A DNA stretch of 64,000 nucleotides from Bacteroidota bacterium (GTDB taxonomy: Bacteria; Bacteroidota; Bacteroidia; NS11-12g; UBA955), in contig JAEUUL010000005.1 in NCBI GenBank assembly GCA_016787485.1, forward strand, positions 5,588-69,587, given 5' to 3'. A model generated the notes under the pieces. The model was not told where the DNA came from and made no database searches. It worked only from the letters and a program-made list of their open reading frames with translations. Of this stretch, positions 62,188 through 64,000 are shown one piece after another (positions within the stretch are counted from its first letter, which is position 1; each line of letters opens with the position of its first letter). The position numbers were made by a program, and so were the translations under genes.

Positions 62188-64000
62188 ATGATAAAGAGGT
62201 TGATGATTCTGGCCGGGATTCTGGCTGGTATGAATGCATTGGGTGCCCAGAACTGGTATTTTGAAAAACATACCGGCGGCAATCCTGGCTCCCTGAATAA
62301 AGAACCGGATGATTATGCCGCAGAAAAAGGCTGGTCTGTGTTGCTGCAGGATTCTACATATCCTGGCATGTCTAAGCCGTTTTCGATGCCATTTGCCTTT
62401 TCTATGGGTGGCAATGCAGTTACCCATTTCAAGGTGTCTGGTGCAGGTTATCTCACTTTTGACACAACTGTTGTTAATTCTTCAGTTACACCAGGCGCCA
62501 TTCCCACAGGCAATCTGCCAAATCTTAGTATAGCGGCATGGGGTCTTTACATGACAGGTGGCAACGACCGTGTGCTGGGCAAAGTATTCGGCACAGCGCC
62601 AAACCGGCAATATTGGGTAAAGTTCAGTTCCATGAGCACGCCCGGGGATACCGTGAAGCCGGGAAACAGTTTCAACTATTATAGCATCGTACTTGAGGAA
62701 AGCAGCAACCGCGTTTATATTGTTTCACAGTATTTTGGCTCTGCAGTGGGAGTTTACCAGTCTCCGCTTCAAAGCATCGGTGTGCAGGAAACAGGCAGTA
62801 TCGGCGTGCAGGTTACGGGATCGCCGGCCTTGAAAAACCCGGCTGCAACAAATGGAATTGCAGATAACCACTGGTACGAATTCAAAAAAGGAATTCAGCC
62901 GACGACAGACGTGCAAGTGCAATCTTTAGGGAAAGCATTTGCCAGTGGCAGAGGATATGTTGGCGCTGGTGATTTCACCTCGCCAAGTGTAGTCATTCGC
63001 AATTATGGCAGTGCACCGGTTACTTCGTTGCGTTTAAACTTCCAACAGGGTAATAATCCCGTACAGGTTAACTGGCAGGGCCCTGTGAATATTCCGGCAA
63101 ACGGAATGGGATTTATGGTGGTAACGATGCCGTTTATTGCCGGAACCAATCCGGGTGATGTTGTGAATGTAAAAATATGGGCAGACACGGTGAACGGCAC
63201 TACGGAAACCATCACAGCCAATGATACCCTTATCCTGAGAGTACTGACCATACAGAAAAACCAGTCAAAACCGGCTGCCATTGTGCTGGAGAAAGCAACC
63301 GGAGCCTGGTGCGGAACCTGCCCCGATGCCGACCTGATTAACGACAGCCTGAGCCGCAAACTGGGCAAGCGTCTGATCACTTTGGCTTACCACAATCTGG
63401 ATGCCATGGCCGGAGCCGGAGATTCGGTTAACGACCTTTATCAGGCCATATACCCGGGTGCTATGTACAACCGGCAGTTGGCTCCCCAGGGCTATTACTA
63501 CCTGCCGGACAGCTGGCTCAGTGACCTCAGTACCTGGCAACCAACAAGCAACGTTATGGTAAGGGTAAAAGAGGCAAAGCTGGATTTGATAAGCCGGAAA
63601 CTGGACTGGAAGGTTACCGTAGCATTTTTAACCCACGTGTTCAGGAAAGATATAACAGTAGGCGGGCTTGTGAAAGAAGATCATGTGCGCGGTCTGGGTA
63701 CCGGCTGGGATCAGACACTGAGTTCTGTCATCAATAATAAAGCTGGGCATCCGCTGTATCAGAAAGTGAGTACCAGCCTCCCCAAATTGCTTGGCTATTA
63801 TCACAACGATGTGGTGTGGGGAATCCCTTCCGGTGTAACAGGACAACCCCTGCCGGGCAATGCTGAGGTGCTGAGCCCGGGTGATTCAGTTACCCTCAGT
63901 TTCAGTTATACCTTTCCATCGCTGAACGATACAGTGCGGTTGCCATCGGCATCCCAATATCAGCCATCCGGTACCGTTTACTCGCGGTATAAGCCCGCAA
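62188..64000 (+). CDS. secreted protein with a thioredoxin-like WCGTCP motif (Omp28-related?), 3'-truncated by the window end
   Basis: The frame is open from the ATG at 62188 to the end of the window, so it is not in the ORF track. It has a signal peptide (MIKRLMILAGILAGMNALGAQ) and EKATGAWCGTCPDADL, which resembles the FTGxWCGxCP motif of Omp28-related Bacteroidota proteins. Confidence 0.5.
   Translation, partial: MIKRLMILAGILAGMNALGAQNWYFEKHTGGNPGSLNKEPDDYAAEKGWSVLLQDSTYPGMSKPFSMPFAFSMGGNAVTHFKVSGAGYLTFDTTVVNSSVTPGAIPTGNLPNLSIAAWGLYMTGGNDRVLGKVFGTAPNRQYWVKFSSMSTPGDTVKPGNSFNYYSIVLEESSNRVYIVSQYFGSAVGVYQSPLQSIGVQETGSIGVQVTGSPALKNPAATNGIADNHWYEFKKGIQPTTDVQVQSLGKAFASGRGYVGAGDFTSPSVVIRNYGSAPVTSLRLNFQQGNNPVQVNWQGPVNIPANGMGFMVVTMPFIAGTNPGDVVNVKIWADTVNGTTETITANDTLILRVLTIQKNQSKPAAIVLEKATGAWCGTCPDADLINDSLSRKLGKRLITLAYHNLDAMAGAGDSVNDLYQAIYPGAMYNRQLAPQGYYYLPDSWLSDLSTWQPTSNVMVRVKEAKLDLISRKLDWKVTVAFLTHVFRKDITVGGLVKEDHVRGLGTGWDQTLSSVINNKAGHPLYQKVSTSLPKLLGYYHNDVVWGIPSGVTGQPLPGNAEVLSPGDSVTLSFSYTFPSLNDTVRLPSASQYQPSGTVYSRYKPA

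Overview
This looks like a Bacteroidota chromosomal segment. Supporting signs are a T9SS C-terminal sorting domain, bamD-rpoZ-coaBC synteny and a TTTG/TAnnTTTG-type promoter. Most of the window is housekeeping: coaBC, rpoZ, bamD, split transketolase, mfd, priA, hppD, an M3 peptidase, a DAACS transporter, hldD, queG, recJ, pntAA/AB/B and one tRNA-Ser(UGA). It also carries large envelope or sensory genes: an NtrY-like histidine kinase next to a roughly 1150-aa beta-barrel, a propeller-sensor adenylate cyclase, a roughly 1970-aa alpha-2-macroglobulin-like protein and a tandem pseudo-caspase/caspase. Two visibly AT-richer accessory islands bracket the queG-to-cyclase block. Island 1 (about 34.9-37.8 kb) is a 2.8-kb module bounded by roughly 45-bp imperfect inverted repeats. 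It carries an IS1595-family DDE transposase that appears co-transcribed with an XRE HTH gene and small ORFs, plus a divergent RHH gene behind a perfect 17-bp inverted-repeat operator. Island 2 (about 43.7-47.7 kb) is the most interesting part. Its unrelated minus-strand genes are separated by three 135-138-bp imperfect palindromes with AAC...GTT outer cores, arm changes that preserve pairing, and G:T pairs on one strand only. I read this as an integron-type cassette array with no integrase in the window (CALIN-like). No CRISPR array, rRNA or prophage was seen. All protein calls come from motif recognition by eye and none was confirmed by database search.
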